Below, one piece after another: positions 10,816-23,440 of a stretch of 64,000 nucleotides of DNA (position 1 is its first letter; every line of letters begins with the position of its first letter). Below the pieces are notes generated by a model. That model was given only the letters and a program-made list of their open reading frames with translations. It was not told the origin of the DNA and did no database searches. The position numbers were made by a program, and so were the translations under genes. Source of the stretch: the human T2T-CHM13v2.0 reference genome, Homo sapiens; the NCBI RefSeq assembly GCF_009914755.1, contig NC_060946.1, one strand, 5' to 3'.

Positions 10816-12029
10816 CCAAGGCTATGGGAACAGCTGAAATCTTTCAGGGTGGGGAACTCATGTGCTACCTGGAGAAGGCGGCCAAGAATGGATTGTGCCT
10901 ACCAAGCTGTTCCAAGAAGCCCACAAAGTGATACTAGTGGAAGGATATGGCAGAAGGTCAGGAACTGGTCCTTTGGAGAGAATGTTTCTGTCTGCCCTTG
11001 GCCATCTGAGCCACACAAGAGGTAGATAAGATTTTCAGCACTCAAATGAAAAAAAAGTTGGGGGACAAATATGGTTAAAAGAAAAAAATGTTTTGATCAG
11101 TCATTCAGATGAATATATTATGTGGCATGTGGTTCCTGAGCCTCCCTGTACAAGGTTTGTGTTAGGCAAGAACATGAAATGTACAGCACCGCATCCTTGT
11201 CCTTGAAGGACTCACACACAGCTGGAGAAGACAGACACCAGCTACCCGGCCATCCAGGCAGAAACCTCAGGCATTATTGGCTCCAGCCTCCCTGGACCTC
11301 CCACATTTGCCAAAGATGAATAAACGTGGTCCCTGCCTTAGAGGAGTCACAGACAGCTGATTTAGAAACATGCAGAAATCTCCATGTTTTACGAAGGAAG
11401 CAGGAGGCTGACTCCATGTGGACATCCAGACGCCTTCCAGGAGGAGGTAGCAACCTAACTAGGGCTGGAAAGACGAGTGGTAAGAAGAGAATTCCAGGCA
11501 GAGGAATGGTTTATGCATGTATGGACCCAGAAGACTCGAGGGCAGCCAAATAATGCTGAGAGGTTAATTGTGGTTCAAGCAGGGCGTGACCTGAGAGTAG
11601 AGAGCAGCATGGAGAGTTAGTCCACTCAGGTAAGGAAGCCGAATGTATGGGAAAACATCAAACATGGTCAACTGTAGACATACGAGACAGGAGGGGGTCT
11701 CGGTGTTTGGGGAAGATTGCAACATCCCCATAAGAGCAAGGAATGCATGGGGCACGTTAAAGACAGTGGGATGGAGGAAGGAGGAGGCGGCTTATTATTT
11801 GCCATGTCTCCTGAACATTTTCCATCTGTCAGTCTGCCTGTTAGGGAAAGTGTCCCATTCTTCTCTATATCCGCAGCACCTAGCACATTCTGGGAGTATG
11901 CTTGATGCTCAATAAATGCAAAAGGTCAGTGAACGGAAACAGGGGCAGACTCAACAGAGCATTGTGAAGAGAAGGAGCCAGGAATGATGACCATCGGCAG
12001 GCATATGACCACCTCTGGTGCTTTCCAAA

Positions 12030-12190
12030 TGAAACTTTCATTGAATCTACAAAATAATGCTCTTTAATGTATGCATTATGATTCCTCTTTTACAGATGAG
12101 GAAGCCAAGACAAAGAAAATGTCCAAAATGACACACACATCTACCGTGTGTGTCTTCCTCTGGGACTCAGACCCAGGTCTACTTGGTTCT
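12030..12190 (-). mobile_element. MIR fragment
   Basis: MIR core ttttacagatgaggaagccaagac and gggactcagacccaggtct. Confidence 0.55.
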
Positions 12191-13689
12191 AGATCGTGGT
12201 GGTCACCCCTGAGGACCAGGCAGTCCAGGCATGGATTCCCACATGGGTGTCTAGGACACAGCAAGTTCACCATCCCCTACCTGAGTGAATCAATGTTCCC
12301 CTCAGCCTACCTGTCCTGTATTCTTGTCATGCCAGACAATGGCAACACTTCCACTGCAAAAGCTACAGCCTCCAAAGAAATGAATCAAATTGTCATGAGA
12401 TGTGGCTATCACCATGGGGCGTGTACAAGAGAAGCAGCCCCAGGGGACTAAGAAGGAGGCGAGGACATGCCATCACAGAAGCCAAGGGTGGAGAAGAAGC
12501 AAGGGTGTGGGCAGCTCCGAATGCCGCAGACCCTTCTTTAAGGTCATGTGCTATCATCAGCTCACCCACGGCACTTGCCATTTGCAAAATGGCCTTCCCT
12601 CTTCATGACTCTGCATGGAGGAGCTGGGTCAGCCTCTCCAGACAAGGTCAGGTGGTGGGGACTGTTTCGTTGGTCGGTTGGCTGGTTGGTTAGTGGGTCA
12701 GTTGATTGGTTGGTGGGTGGATGGGTGAGTTGGTTCATCGGCCTTCTCCCTAAATGATAAAATGTTGCTCCTTGCAGCCAACAGAAAACTTTTTCTGTAC
12801 CAATTAGATCTAAATTGAGCACTGCTGATGGAATCCTATCCTAGATGAATTTCATATCAATTCAACTCTATTTTCTAGTACAAAAGAGAAAAAAAATAAT
12901 TTAAGCGGTGTAGTTTATTTTTCCTGCCTTTCCACTCAACCGGTGAGCAAGACACAGAGGACAAAAATGGCCTTTTTCCCCACTCACTTCCAGTCCTTAC
13001 AGTGCAAGCACCTTGCCAGCCACGTGTGAGTCCAATGTTTTAAAACCGTGTTTTAACACAAAACGGCTCCTCAATGCAAGCCGATGTCTTTATCTAGTTT
13101 TCAACCAAAGAAATATCCACCCGTTCCAATGCTGTGAACCCTCTGAGAGATCACACCGCAAAGATGTTTATAGGCGCTTTGAGGAATTATCAAAGGAAAA
13201 GTGGCTTTTTCAGGACTTCTGTCATCATAAAGAATTTAAACCCCGCCTGAGAAGCACCTTGACTACAGCGTATGATTGATCTTCTCTCTGCCAGTGTTTA
13301 TTGAGTGTGTGTGGCACAGAGTGAGGGTGCTGATGAAATCACGGTACCTGGGTGTAGAGCGTGCTCTCACCCTCCAAGATCTCACTGCCTTCCCCAGAGA
13401 AATACATCCTCAAGCTGGAGAGTGGTATGACCCAGAGATGACTCCCTTCCTCCTTCCTTCATTTATTCATCCAGTAAACACCTATTGGACACTGTATACC
13501 GTGTCCTGTTCTAAGCCTGGAGATGCAGAGATAAACAAGATGCATGCTGGCAGCAGGAGAGGCTGGCTGACCAACCTCATAATCAGCGCCACACAGATGT
13601 ACATTTCTGGGCTTGGCTTTGCAGCACTCATGGGGGGCTATGGTCTGGCGTGTTTGGGGTCCATGGTGTACTCCAGTGGAGTACATGGG

Positions 13690-13877
13690 GGCCAGTAGGA
13701 TGTACTCCAAAGGAGGGGCTGCTCAAGGCATCCTCGCCAGCCAGTAGGGACGGAGCCCCGTTTTGGGCTGGGATGTGGCGTGGGGACCAGAAGGAAGGGG
13801 GTGGAGATTTGTCCCCACCCAGGGCTGACAATCTATCAGGATAAACTATAATCAGGACTCTGATCCACTTTCTGGGA
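13690..13877 (+). repeat. 188-bp dispersed direct duplication, copy 1 (copy 2 at 14948-15135)
   Basis: Identical except ccaaag/ccgaag; offset 1258 bp. Confidence 0.97.
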
Positions 13878-14947
13878 TTTTTGACATGTTTGACAAACAC
13901 CATCCCCACGTCTCAAAAGCCATGCAAGATTCTTCTAGGAGACGCAGCCTGGTTCTGAAATGACTTTTGATCCCACATGGCAGAGAGATACTGAGGCTGC
14001 GGTGTGTCCTGGGCAGCACCGGCCCCGGAGGCATCTACTGGGGCCTGTGCTGTGGCTCCCAGGCAGCCTCTGACTGCTGCTAACCCTGCTCGTTCAGTGG
14101 GTGTGAAGAAGTGGCACCCGTCCCTCCTTATTCACACTCTCTACTCAATTAGCTCAGAAGCAGCTAGAGACCCAGCTTCAGAAGTAAAACGCAGCCCAGT
14201 AGTCTTTTAAAAAAAATCCCTCTCCCAGTGGGAGTTTTTCTGGAAACAAAAGAAAACCCATTTAGCTTATTATTAAAATTGATTCTCCATTCTGCAAGAC
14301 TCTCTGTTGCGGTTTGCCTGGAAAGAAGGCAGCATATGACCGCAGATGCCAGAAGAAAAACGGGACAGAGCCAGGCAAGGGACTCTGCCGGGCGGGAGGC
14401 CTCCCCCAGGGACTCACAGCCACTCTCTCTCATTGAACTGAAGCCCAGGGAGTCAGGATATGTGTGACTCAAAACAGCCCTCCCTGCGGGCACAGCCACC
14501 CCACAAACACTGAGCTCCCAGGCCACGCTGGAAATAGCAACACTGTGTTGCCAGCAGGAGTCCAGTGCCCCCAGCATCTTCCACGGACAGGGCTGAAAAT
14601 GTGGGTTCCAGGCATCCTGCTCAATCAAAAGCCAGGGGCATCTCCGGCTGGTGCATTTGGTGGTTTTAATAAGCTCCCAGGTCACTGCACCGGAAGGGGA
14701 GGTGACGTTGAAGGGAGATCCTCGTGGAGCCCCCGTCTCAGGGACCTGGGTGGGGACAGCCACGACCACTCGATCCCATGGGCCCTCGAGGCTACAGAAG
14801 AAACTTGGGAACCACCGGGCTCCACTCAGTGCTTCTGCCCAGAGGGCTCGAACTGGGGGATGAGATTTCCTCAATACATTGTAAGCGCCTCACACAATGC
14901 TCCTTGTGCTCCAAAATTCAGGCAATAAGCAGCGATTGCCATGCCCC

Positions 14948-15135
14948 GGCCAGTAGGATGTACTCCGAAGGAGGGGCTGCTCAAGGCATCCTCGCCAGCC
15001 AGTAGGGACGGAGCCCCGTTTTGGGCTGGGATGTGGCGTGGGGACCAGAAGGAAGGGGGTGGAGATTTGTCCCCACCCAGGGCTGACAATCTATCAGGAT
15101 AAACTATAATCAGGACTCTGATCCACTTTCTGGGA
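14948..15135 (+). repeat. 188-bp dispersed direct duplication, copy 2
   Basis: Matches 13690-13877. Confidence 0.97.
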
Positions 15136-17347
15136 GAACCAGAATAGAGAGACATTAATTCTAACTTGGAAGTGGGCACTAATTCATCCACCTGTTGTCG
15201 TCTATTCTAATGGAGCAGCCCTGTTCTCTGCGGGGCCCTGACATGCACATGTGCACAGCCGCTTACGTGATAGAAGTGCTGTGTCCCTCTGTGTCCTGTA
15301 GTGGAGGTTGGAAGAGCATTGCGGCTGGGCCCTGGGGCTTGCAGAAAAACGTTTCCAATCTCTACCTCTCCTCTTACTTGAGCCTCCTATCTCATCTATA
15401 AAGTAGGAGTGACGATGGTGCCACCTTGTCACATTGCAGGAAGGGAGGATGGAGAGCCGAAGCCCTCAGCTCTCTGCTGAGCCTCAGGTGTGGGCTCAAA
15501 AGCTGGAAAGGGTATTCCCTGGGCCTTGTTGTCAGCCTCTTTCCTGTCTCCAAAGGCCAGCAACGGTCCCTTGCCTCTGCATCCTGGGTGCATGGCAGAG
15601 GGTGCGGTGCCCTGTGTGTTGAACAACCCAAGAAAGGTTGCCTTCCACGAGTGAGCAGCCTGCTGGGGGTTTCTTTCCAGCGCAGAGAAATCAGGGAGGT
15701 GGAAATGTCAGCCTCACAGATGGAACCAGCCGCTGACCCAGGGCTTCACATCAGCTGAGCATCCCCACAGCCTGTGGCTGGTAGAAAGAAGACGAAGGCG
15801 CCCAGGACCTGCCCACCCTCCCCACAAGGTCTCTCGTGATTTTGGAAGGCAGACTTGTAATACTTGGCACTAACACCACTTGGAGAGAGTTTAATTTGAC
15901 CCCATGTGAAGAAGCAGCTGTTGCCTGCTCAGCATGGATGAGCTCCCTGTGTATGGGACTCCTGCATGCAGACAGGGTGGGCGCTGAGAGGGGAGTAGGG
16001 GAGGTAGCCTCAGGGTTCCCATCTACCCCTAAGAGCCTGCTGTTCTGGGTGAAAGGAGAAAATGTGTTGGAAATCTCGGGAGGAGAGGGATTCAGGAGGT
16101 CAGAAGGTCAACAGCGTGGCATTCGGCCAAGGGGTCCATGGTGAATACCCCCCAGAAACCCTCCCAGATGCTGCTGCTCCCAGATACTGACCCACAGGCC
16201 AGCAATTGTCCTGATGATTTTATAGCTTTAAGGTAATAAGACAGTGGGCTTAATGACTCCAATGCCAAGTTAGAGAATGGTTTCATTCCAATGATCCCAT
16301 CTAGGGCAGGGCCAGTGCACCCAGGGTTGACACTGAGGCCAGGTGGTGAGCCCCCAGGGCAGCAGGCCCGGGGCTCAAGGACCCCCACTGAGGGATGGGC
16401 CCTGGGGAGGCTCACGGTGTGGCATCCGCCAGTGGCTTGGGAGTCCTGGGAAGGCTGGGTGTGGATGGGTGTGGGAAAAACACTTTCTGCAGGAGCAGCA
16501 TCCAAAACCAGGCCAGGACAGAAGGGCTGGTGAGCAGAATGGAAGAGAGACGATGTCCTTTTAGTAATTAAACGCACCAAATTAATCATGATGCCACTTT
16601 GGGAAAATCAGTTTGCCAGCAGGAACCAGATTTTCACTCAGAGGCTGAGCCGGAGAATTAATGAAGGCTATTTCCAGCATCAAGGGCAGGGCGGAGGAAC
16701 ACCCTGGAGACAGGACCACCGTGCTAGCAGCAGCCACAGCCACCCCCGGAGAGTAGGGGCAAGTAGGGGAGACCCTAGGAGCCCCAGGAGCTCGAGGGAG
16801 GGATACACAAGAACCGGTGCCCACGGAAGGGCAAGAAGGCCAGCCACGTTCTGCTCCTGCCTCCATCTCCTGCCAGAAGTTTCCATGGGCTGCACCAACT
16901 GGGGGATGCTGCCCACGGGGCCCAGGCTTCTGGGGCTCAGAGCAGGGCAGGAATGGATCTGGGGATGGGGAGTCACCAGCTCACCTGGAGAAACGTCAGA
17001 GATGCCAGGGCAACCAAGGGGATGCTGACGCCCCAAACAGAGACACCAGCAGTCCCCACTCCCATCCCCAGACCCTTGGAGCTCAGGGGGCAGCAACGGG
17101 CCTGCGTGCCTCCTTCTCTGTCCCTTCCTGAGACCGTTCCCCCCTCCCCTCCCCCACCCAGGACAAGGCCTGTGGAAGGAAGACCCCAGAGTTGCCACTG
17201 GGGAAGGGAAGTGTGACTGTCCCAGCCCAAGCCTGGCAGGAGGGGTAGGGAAGGGAAGAGCAGAGGCTGGGCTGATCCCACAGAACCCTCCCAGCAGCTC
17301 CGGGAGGGACGGGCTTTGTTTCCCCAGGTTTACAGCTGGCCCGTGAT

Positions 17348-17477
17348 TGCAGCTGTCAATCAAATATTCTTCACCCCGCTGACCTCCATCTTCCTGCACC
17401 GGGCATCCTGTGCACCAAGATGAGTAAAGTACAGCCACCTCCCCCAGGAGGACCCAGCTCCACGCACACCCACTGAC
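17348..17477 (+). repeat. 130-bp dispersed direct duplication, copy 1 (copy 2 at 18651-18780)
   Basis: tgcagctgtcaatcaaatat...cccactgac, ~7 mismatches, offset 1303 bp; weaker homology runs on to agccagtccca. Confidence 0.95.
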
Positions 17478-18650
17478 TGCCCGGGGAGGGGGGCAGGCAG
17501 CCAGTCCCAAGGCAGAAGACAGCGTCCTGGAGAAGAGGACGATGCAGGCCTAAGGCTTCACCGTGAGTCCTAAATTCAGCAGGCAGGCCCTTCCCCTCAC
17601 CGAGCCTCGGCCTTCTCATCTGGAAAATGGGGCAGTAAAGGCCCCAGGGAGCAGGGGAGCCTCCAATGCGTGGGCCTGGCCCTTAGTGGAGGCGGGCTCC
17701 TCTTCACTCTCGGCGGGGAGGCAGGCAAGTCTTGGGCTGAGGTTCAAGGACACCGCTGAGGGATGGGCCGTAAGCCAGGCCGTACCGCGTGGTCCAGCCT
17801 GCATGCCTTGGGCGATGGACCAGGGGGCTGCCTCCACCTCTGCCATACATGTGAGGCCAAGCAAAGAATAGTTCAAAGCTCAATAGCCTGGACGGCATCC
17901 CCGCCTCCAAATGGTGTAATGAAGGCCCAGAGGGACCTGCAGAGGACGCTGCGGGCGGATGTGCCTCTCCACACGCCGTTCCGTCGTTTCTCAGGGGCAG
18001 TGGTTTATTAAAAATGCAACTCGCCTGCCCTGATGATTTTTGTTTTCCTCCTTTCCTGAACATCCACCTGGTCTTAAACTCGCCGCGTCCTCCTCCAGAT
18101 TCTTCAATGCCGGCTTGCTCCTGGGTGGCTTCTCCCTGCTCCTTCTCTGCGCCCCGCTCTGCGCCGCATTCCCTCCACCTGCTGCTCAGCAGGTCAACGC
18201 AGTGGCCATGAGATGGAACCAAACTGAACGAAAGCAGCGGGAGGCGGGAGGAGGCAGGTCACGCTCCGGGCCAGAGTTAGAAATCCAGGTGTGCAGACGC
18301 CCTTGGGACACTCCCATGGCCCGGGGCAGCCAATTCACCACGTGGCCTGGGACAGAGTTGGGGTGACAAGGTCAGAAGACTTCATTAAGGCATCCCCTAT
18401 CCATCCTATCTCTGGGAAACAGCATGGAAACCTCATCAGGTGTTTTGTGGGAACGATTCTTCATATACTGAGTATTTACTAGAAATTCTTTACTATGCCT
18501 GACAATAATGGAGAATGCTGTTAATTACAGCCCAAAGTAAGTGAATTTGTAAGCACCCAAGTAAATGAATTTGTAAGCTCCAGATAAAAAAATCTCAAAC
18601 ACGATACAACATCCAGAGATGAGAAACATCTGGAAGATAAGGTGGACACA

Positions 18651-18780
18651 TGCAGCTGTCAATCAAATATGCTTCACCACGCTGACCTCCATCTTCCTGC
18701 ACGGGGCGTCCTGTGCACCAAGATGAGTAAAGTGCAGCCACCTCCCCCCGGAGGACCCAGCTCCACACACACCCACTGAC
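18651..18780 (+). repeat. 130-bp dispersed direct duplication, copy 2
   Basis: Matches 17348-17477. Confidence 0.95.
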
Positions 18781-19639
18781 CACCAGGCGGGCAGTGAGCC
18801 AGTCCCAGTCCATCCGCGTGGCTTTCTGGCATGGACACACGCTCGTCACAAACCCATCTCACAAGGGCTGGCTTAAGATCACGAAACCCCAGCCTGCCTG
18901 GGACTCTCAGCTGCATCCACCCCTGCAGGACGGAGGACCATGTGTGAGGCTGAGAGCTAGGGAAGCCCAGGTTCTGGCCCACCTCTGCCCACACCGACTG
19001 TGGGATTTAGGGGAGGGCCCTTCCTCTCTTGAAGCCTCAAGTCCCCACCTGTACACTGCCAGGTGCTCCCACCCTGAATGGTACTGTGGGCTGGGGTGCT
19101 GGGGACACCTGGGTTTCTGCGCCATGACCCAGGCAAAGCTGCCTTGGGCTGTGCTGACAGATCCCCTGTGGCCCTGTTGGCGATGGGGACACTGTGCCAT
19201 GGCGACCTTCCCAAACACCGGAGCAACAAACAGGTCGGCTTTGTTAGTCAGCTCCTCCATCTCACAGTGGCCAAAATGTGGCGCCCGGATACAGGGCTGC
19301 CTGCATGGGTGACCTGTGACCCTCAGCACTGCCCAGGGCTTGTCAGGGGTGGGTGGGGCAATGTGGGTGGGTGGGGCAGCTCTGCCCAACTGGGGCAGGA
19401 GCAGCGGGCAGCCTGCTGGTGTAGACGGCACAGCCACAGGCTTCTCAGGGGCGGCCAACAAGCAGGAGAGCAGGAGAGCAGGAGAGCTCTCCTCCTTTCG
19501 GAGAAGGCCCACCTCATTCCCAGGCCTGACCTCCCCAACTCCATTAACCCCGACACCTCCTTCATCAATACCCGACATACCTTCCTCTCTCCTCCCTGCC
19601 CTGCAGCACAAGTGCAGGCCTGCCTGCAAATCCGCCAAA

Positions 19640-20115
19640 CACACATATGCACTCCACACCATGCACACACGCCACACCACGCACGCACGCGCTCCACACC
19701 ACGCATGCACGCACTCCACACCACACATGCACACACACAAACACATCATCTTCTACATACCACACAACACACACTGCACACACATGAATGGGGGCTTTGA
19801 CACACACCCACTGCACACAGCACAGACCACACATGCACAAACAGGCACTGCACACATATGCACACACACGTGTACACACTATTCACATACACAATCACAC
19901 ACATCATACACCACACACAGGATACACAGGTACCCCACACACGTGTACACACCACTCATACACAATCACACACAAACACATCATATACCACACAGGATAC
20001 ACAGGTACCCCACACACGTGTGTATACACCACTCATACACAATCACACACAAACACATCATACACCCACACACACACACACACGCGATACACAGGTATCA
20101 CACACACCACACACT
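19640..20115. repeat. Degenerate CA-rich low-complexity tract with an internal ~77-bp repeat
   Basis: cacacaggatacacaggtaccccacacacgtg...catacacaatcacacacaaacacatcata repeated at ~19914 and ~19991, partial third copy. Confidence 0.9.
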
Positions 20116-20619
20116 CCCTTTGTGCATGTGCTCTGTAGGCCCCCGAGGCAGCACCTCCAGAGAGGGACTCAGGTTAGGGACATCAGTGAGGGTCATGGTA
20201 CTGGCTCCCTCCTGGGACAGACCCCGGGAGGGAAACTGTCCACTGGGAGTCAGCGTCAGGTCAGGATGCAGCGCTCAAGCTCTGCAATGGGCTACATGGA
20301 GCCCGTGACCGGGCAGCCCCCAGCCTCCTCTGTAAGTGGGAGGAGTGTGTGCCTGTACCCGGGCTGTGGGGAGACTGGTGGGCTCCTGGGTGTCCGGTGC
20401 CCTCTGTGGCCTGGCCCCAGGACTCTCACACACACCTGCTGGCATTGCTGCTGCTGCCGTTGCAGCTGTGGGCTGTTGCATGCCAGCCAGGACAGTAGCT
20501 CACATGAGCACAAGCCATGCTGACTGAGAGTGAGCCAGGACCACAGGTGACAGGCAGAAAAGCAGGGGGATCACACTCAGTCCTGAGCCAGAGACCTGCA
20601 AACACCTTCCCCTTGGCTC

Positions 20620-21080
20620 TGGGTACCCATTGCTGTGAAATAAACCACACCAACTCAGTAGCACAAAGCAAACCTGTTTAATTGCTCATCACCCTGTGCA
20701 CCAGGGGCTGGAGCAGGGCCCAGCACTCTGCGGCCTCAGCCAAGGGGTAAGAACAGCTGGAGGTGGAAGGCATGGGGGCATCATGGTCTCTTGCCCTGGG
20801 GCTGGGGCTGCATTCCACCATCAGCGGGGCGCCTCTGTTCCACAGCAGCCTCTGCGTGTAGCCACCCTGGGCTCCTCACAGCACGGCAGTCTCAGGCAGC
20901 TTCAGCTCGCAAGGCTCCAAGAGACCAAGGCCGAGCCACCAGTCCACTCACAGACGAGGTGCAGGACCTGCTCAGAATCTCATCTGCCATCCCCACTGCA
21001 CAGAGTGGCCGAGGCCAGCCCAGACTCACGCACCAGGAGGAATGAGCCCCTCTCCACGGGAGACGTGTCAGGGACCTGTG
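20620..21080 (-). mobile_element. Old MLT1-type MaLR LTR
   Basis: cattgctgtgaaataaaccacaccaactcagtagcacaaagcaa... and gggctcctcacagcacggcagtctcagg resemble antisense MLT1. Confidence 0.55.
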
Positions 21081-21879
21081 GCATCTTCCATCCACCAATC
21101 CGCTGTCAATCCATACCCCTTCCCAAGGTCAGAGCAGCCCCTCCAAGGATGGAATTGCCCCTAACCCCCACCCCTCCTCTGTCCAAGGAGACAGGTGGCA
21201 CCTCTCAGGCACCTGCCATATATGTTCTAGGCTCCCCCTAGGCACAGTTCTCCAACTCATGCCTCTCCACCAGGCTCTGGCAGGAGCAAGTAGAGGCCAT
21301 GATTCTCACTTAATAGATGTGGAAATCACATCCAAATCACAAAGCCTCGACAGGTCAATGACAGTCACCAAGAGGCCAGGCTGGGTGTGCAGCTCTATCT
21401 GGTCCTGAAAGCCCAGCTGGGCAGCTTCTCTAAGACCCGTGTTTGTTTCTCTAGACCCCAACATGCTGCCACACAGCCACACTCTCTCCAGGCTGTCCCT
21501 GGCATCCTTCCTCTGTTGAGACTGGGGAGAAGCAAGGGGCTTCATTTCATGTAAGGGTCAAGCAAATCAGGCTGGGAAGCTGCCCATGGTGGAGCCCCTG
21601 GCATTGGGGCAGCAAAGAGCCACATCTGTAATTGCCGGCTTCATCCTCTCTCCCTCCCTCGGGCATGGGGGGGACAGACACTGCCAGCTGTGGTTGTGGA
21701 AGTCCTAGAAAGCTCCTCATAAATGTTCATTGCTTGAATAGATGGCAATTGAATGGATACAGATCAGGTCATGGGCCTCCTGAAAGCCTCACCGAAAGGA
21801 CCACCTGCTGCCATGACACCTGGACTCAACTCTCCAGCAGGGAAGGACACAGGGCGTCAACCTGCCTTCCCCACCTGGA

Positions 21880-22322
21880 GCAGGTTGGATGGTGACCCCA
21901 AAAAAGCTATGTCCGTGCCCCAGAACCTGTGGATGTAACCTTATTTGGAAAATGGGCCTTTGCAGATGTAATGAAGTTAAGGATCTTGAGATGAGATCAT
22001 TCTGTATTCTCCAGGTGGGCCTAAAGCCAATGGTAAGTGTCCTCATAACAGACAGAGGAGGAGAAGACAGGCTCCGAGGAGGCGGCCAGGTGACCACAGG
22101 AGTAGAGATGCAGCCAAGCCACAAGCCAAGGAATGCAGGGAGAGGCGAGGAGATGGGAGAGGCAGGAAGAAATCCCCCCTAGAGCCTGCAGAGAGCGTGA
22201 GCTTCTGATGATACCTTAAGTTAGGACTTCCAGCCTCAAGAACTGGTGGAGAATGAATCTCAGCTGTTGAAAGCCACCCAATTTGTGGTAAGTTATTATG
22301 GCAGTTGTGGGGAGCTGATATA
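21880..22322 (+). mobile_element. MLT1 (B/C-like) MaLR LTR
   Basis: ccagaacctgtggatgtaaccttatttggaaaatgggcctttgcagatgtaat...aagccacccaatttgtggtaagttattatggcag. Confidence 0.85.
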
Positions 22323-22739
22323 GCATCTCAAACGTCCCAGGGCCACTGGGATGCTTGAAGTCATCCCCAGCTAGAAACTGGCTGGGCTGGGCCTTCCCAG
22401 AAGCCATTGCAAGAACATCAGCCCTTCCCAATGTCTTGAGTGCTGGGGGCTCTGCAGAAAAGCAGCTGGGGACAGGGCCTGGTTCCTGCCTTGCCAGGTT
22501 CTTTGACCTTGAGCAAGTCCTTTGACCTCTCTAACCCAGAACACAGGCTTTGTGAGGCCTAAACATGATTAGGAGTTGAAAGTGCTAACACTGCTCCTAA
22601 CAGGCAGTAGATGCTCAATGTACAGCCTGTGTCATTGCCAGAGATTTAAAACAGAAACAAGGGAGAGGGGAAGGGAGCCCAGGGCCACGGCGAGGATGGC
22701 TGAGAGCAGAGGACCGCTCGATATGCTGGAAAACATCTG

Positions 22740-22900
22740 AGCTGTAAACAAAGCCAACGCCAATCAAGGGATCGAAGGAGGCAGCTGGCCCGTTTAGTAT
22801 TGATAAATGGCTCATTAATATGAAACTGTGCTCCATTTACCATTTCTTATTGCCAATTAGCAGTAATGTCTCCACCACACTTGAGACGACTGCAAATTGA
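22740..22900. promoter_or_regulatory. Candidate developmental enhancer block A
   Basis: Repeat-free AT-rich island: TGTAAACA 22743, GCCAATCA 22759, TGATAAAT 22801, CATTAAT, CCAATTAG, CACTTGA 22878; motif content only. Confidence 0.4.
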
Positions 22901-23179
22901 TGGTCTCTAGTTTTCTAGGACAAGCATGGCAAAGGTTAGAGTTAGCCACTGGGTAGCTCTGAGCTGACCGTCGGAAGTTTGCAGAACACTCCTCATGGGC
23001 TGGAGAGACCTGGAAAACCGCCAAGCCTGGGGTAGAAAGGCAACAGACACAGGAAATCCCCCAAGTCCTCAAACTCTCCACAAAGCAAGATGCAGCTGCA
23101 GGAACGTCACCCTGCCCAGGCCCCAAGTGAGTTCCCAGCCCGCTTTTCAAGCCAGCCAGAGACTCCCATCCCTCTCCCC

Positions 23180-23440
23180 TGGTGATTAATGACGGCCCAT
23201 TGTGTCACAAAGTAAACAATGGAATTGTGCTATCAAGACTTATGGGGGAAATACAGCCATCTCTCTCCTGGCCCAAACAAATAGCGCGAGTTATGGCAGG
23301 GCATTAAGCATTCTTTGCGGGGCAGAAGTACATTGATTTTTGTTTAATGCATTAGTCTGTTTACGTGGTTGGTTATTGGAAAATCTGACCCCAAAAAATG
23401 GAGCATTCATTTGTGCAGCTTGTCTCTAAACGGCATTTCT
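23180..23440. promoter_or_regulatory. Candidate developmental enhancer block B
   Basis: TGATTAAT 23183, CATTGTG 23198, TGTCA 23203, GTAAACA 23212, AACAATGG 23215, AAACAAATA 23275, TGTTTAC 23358; motif content only. Confidence 0.45.

Noticed and set aside
17890-18280. CpG-island promoter
   Set aside because: Only a modest, short CpG enrichment, with no recognisable first exon or core promoter.
19316-20523. His/Thr-rich 330-aa and 221-aa ORFs
   Set aside because: Products of the CA-rich low-complexity tract.
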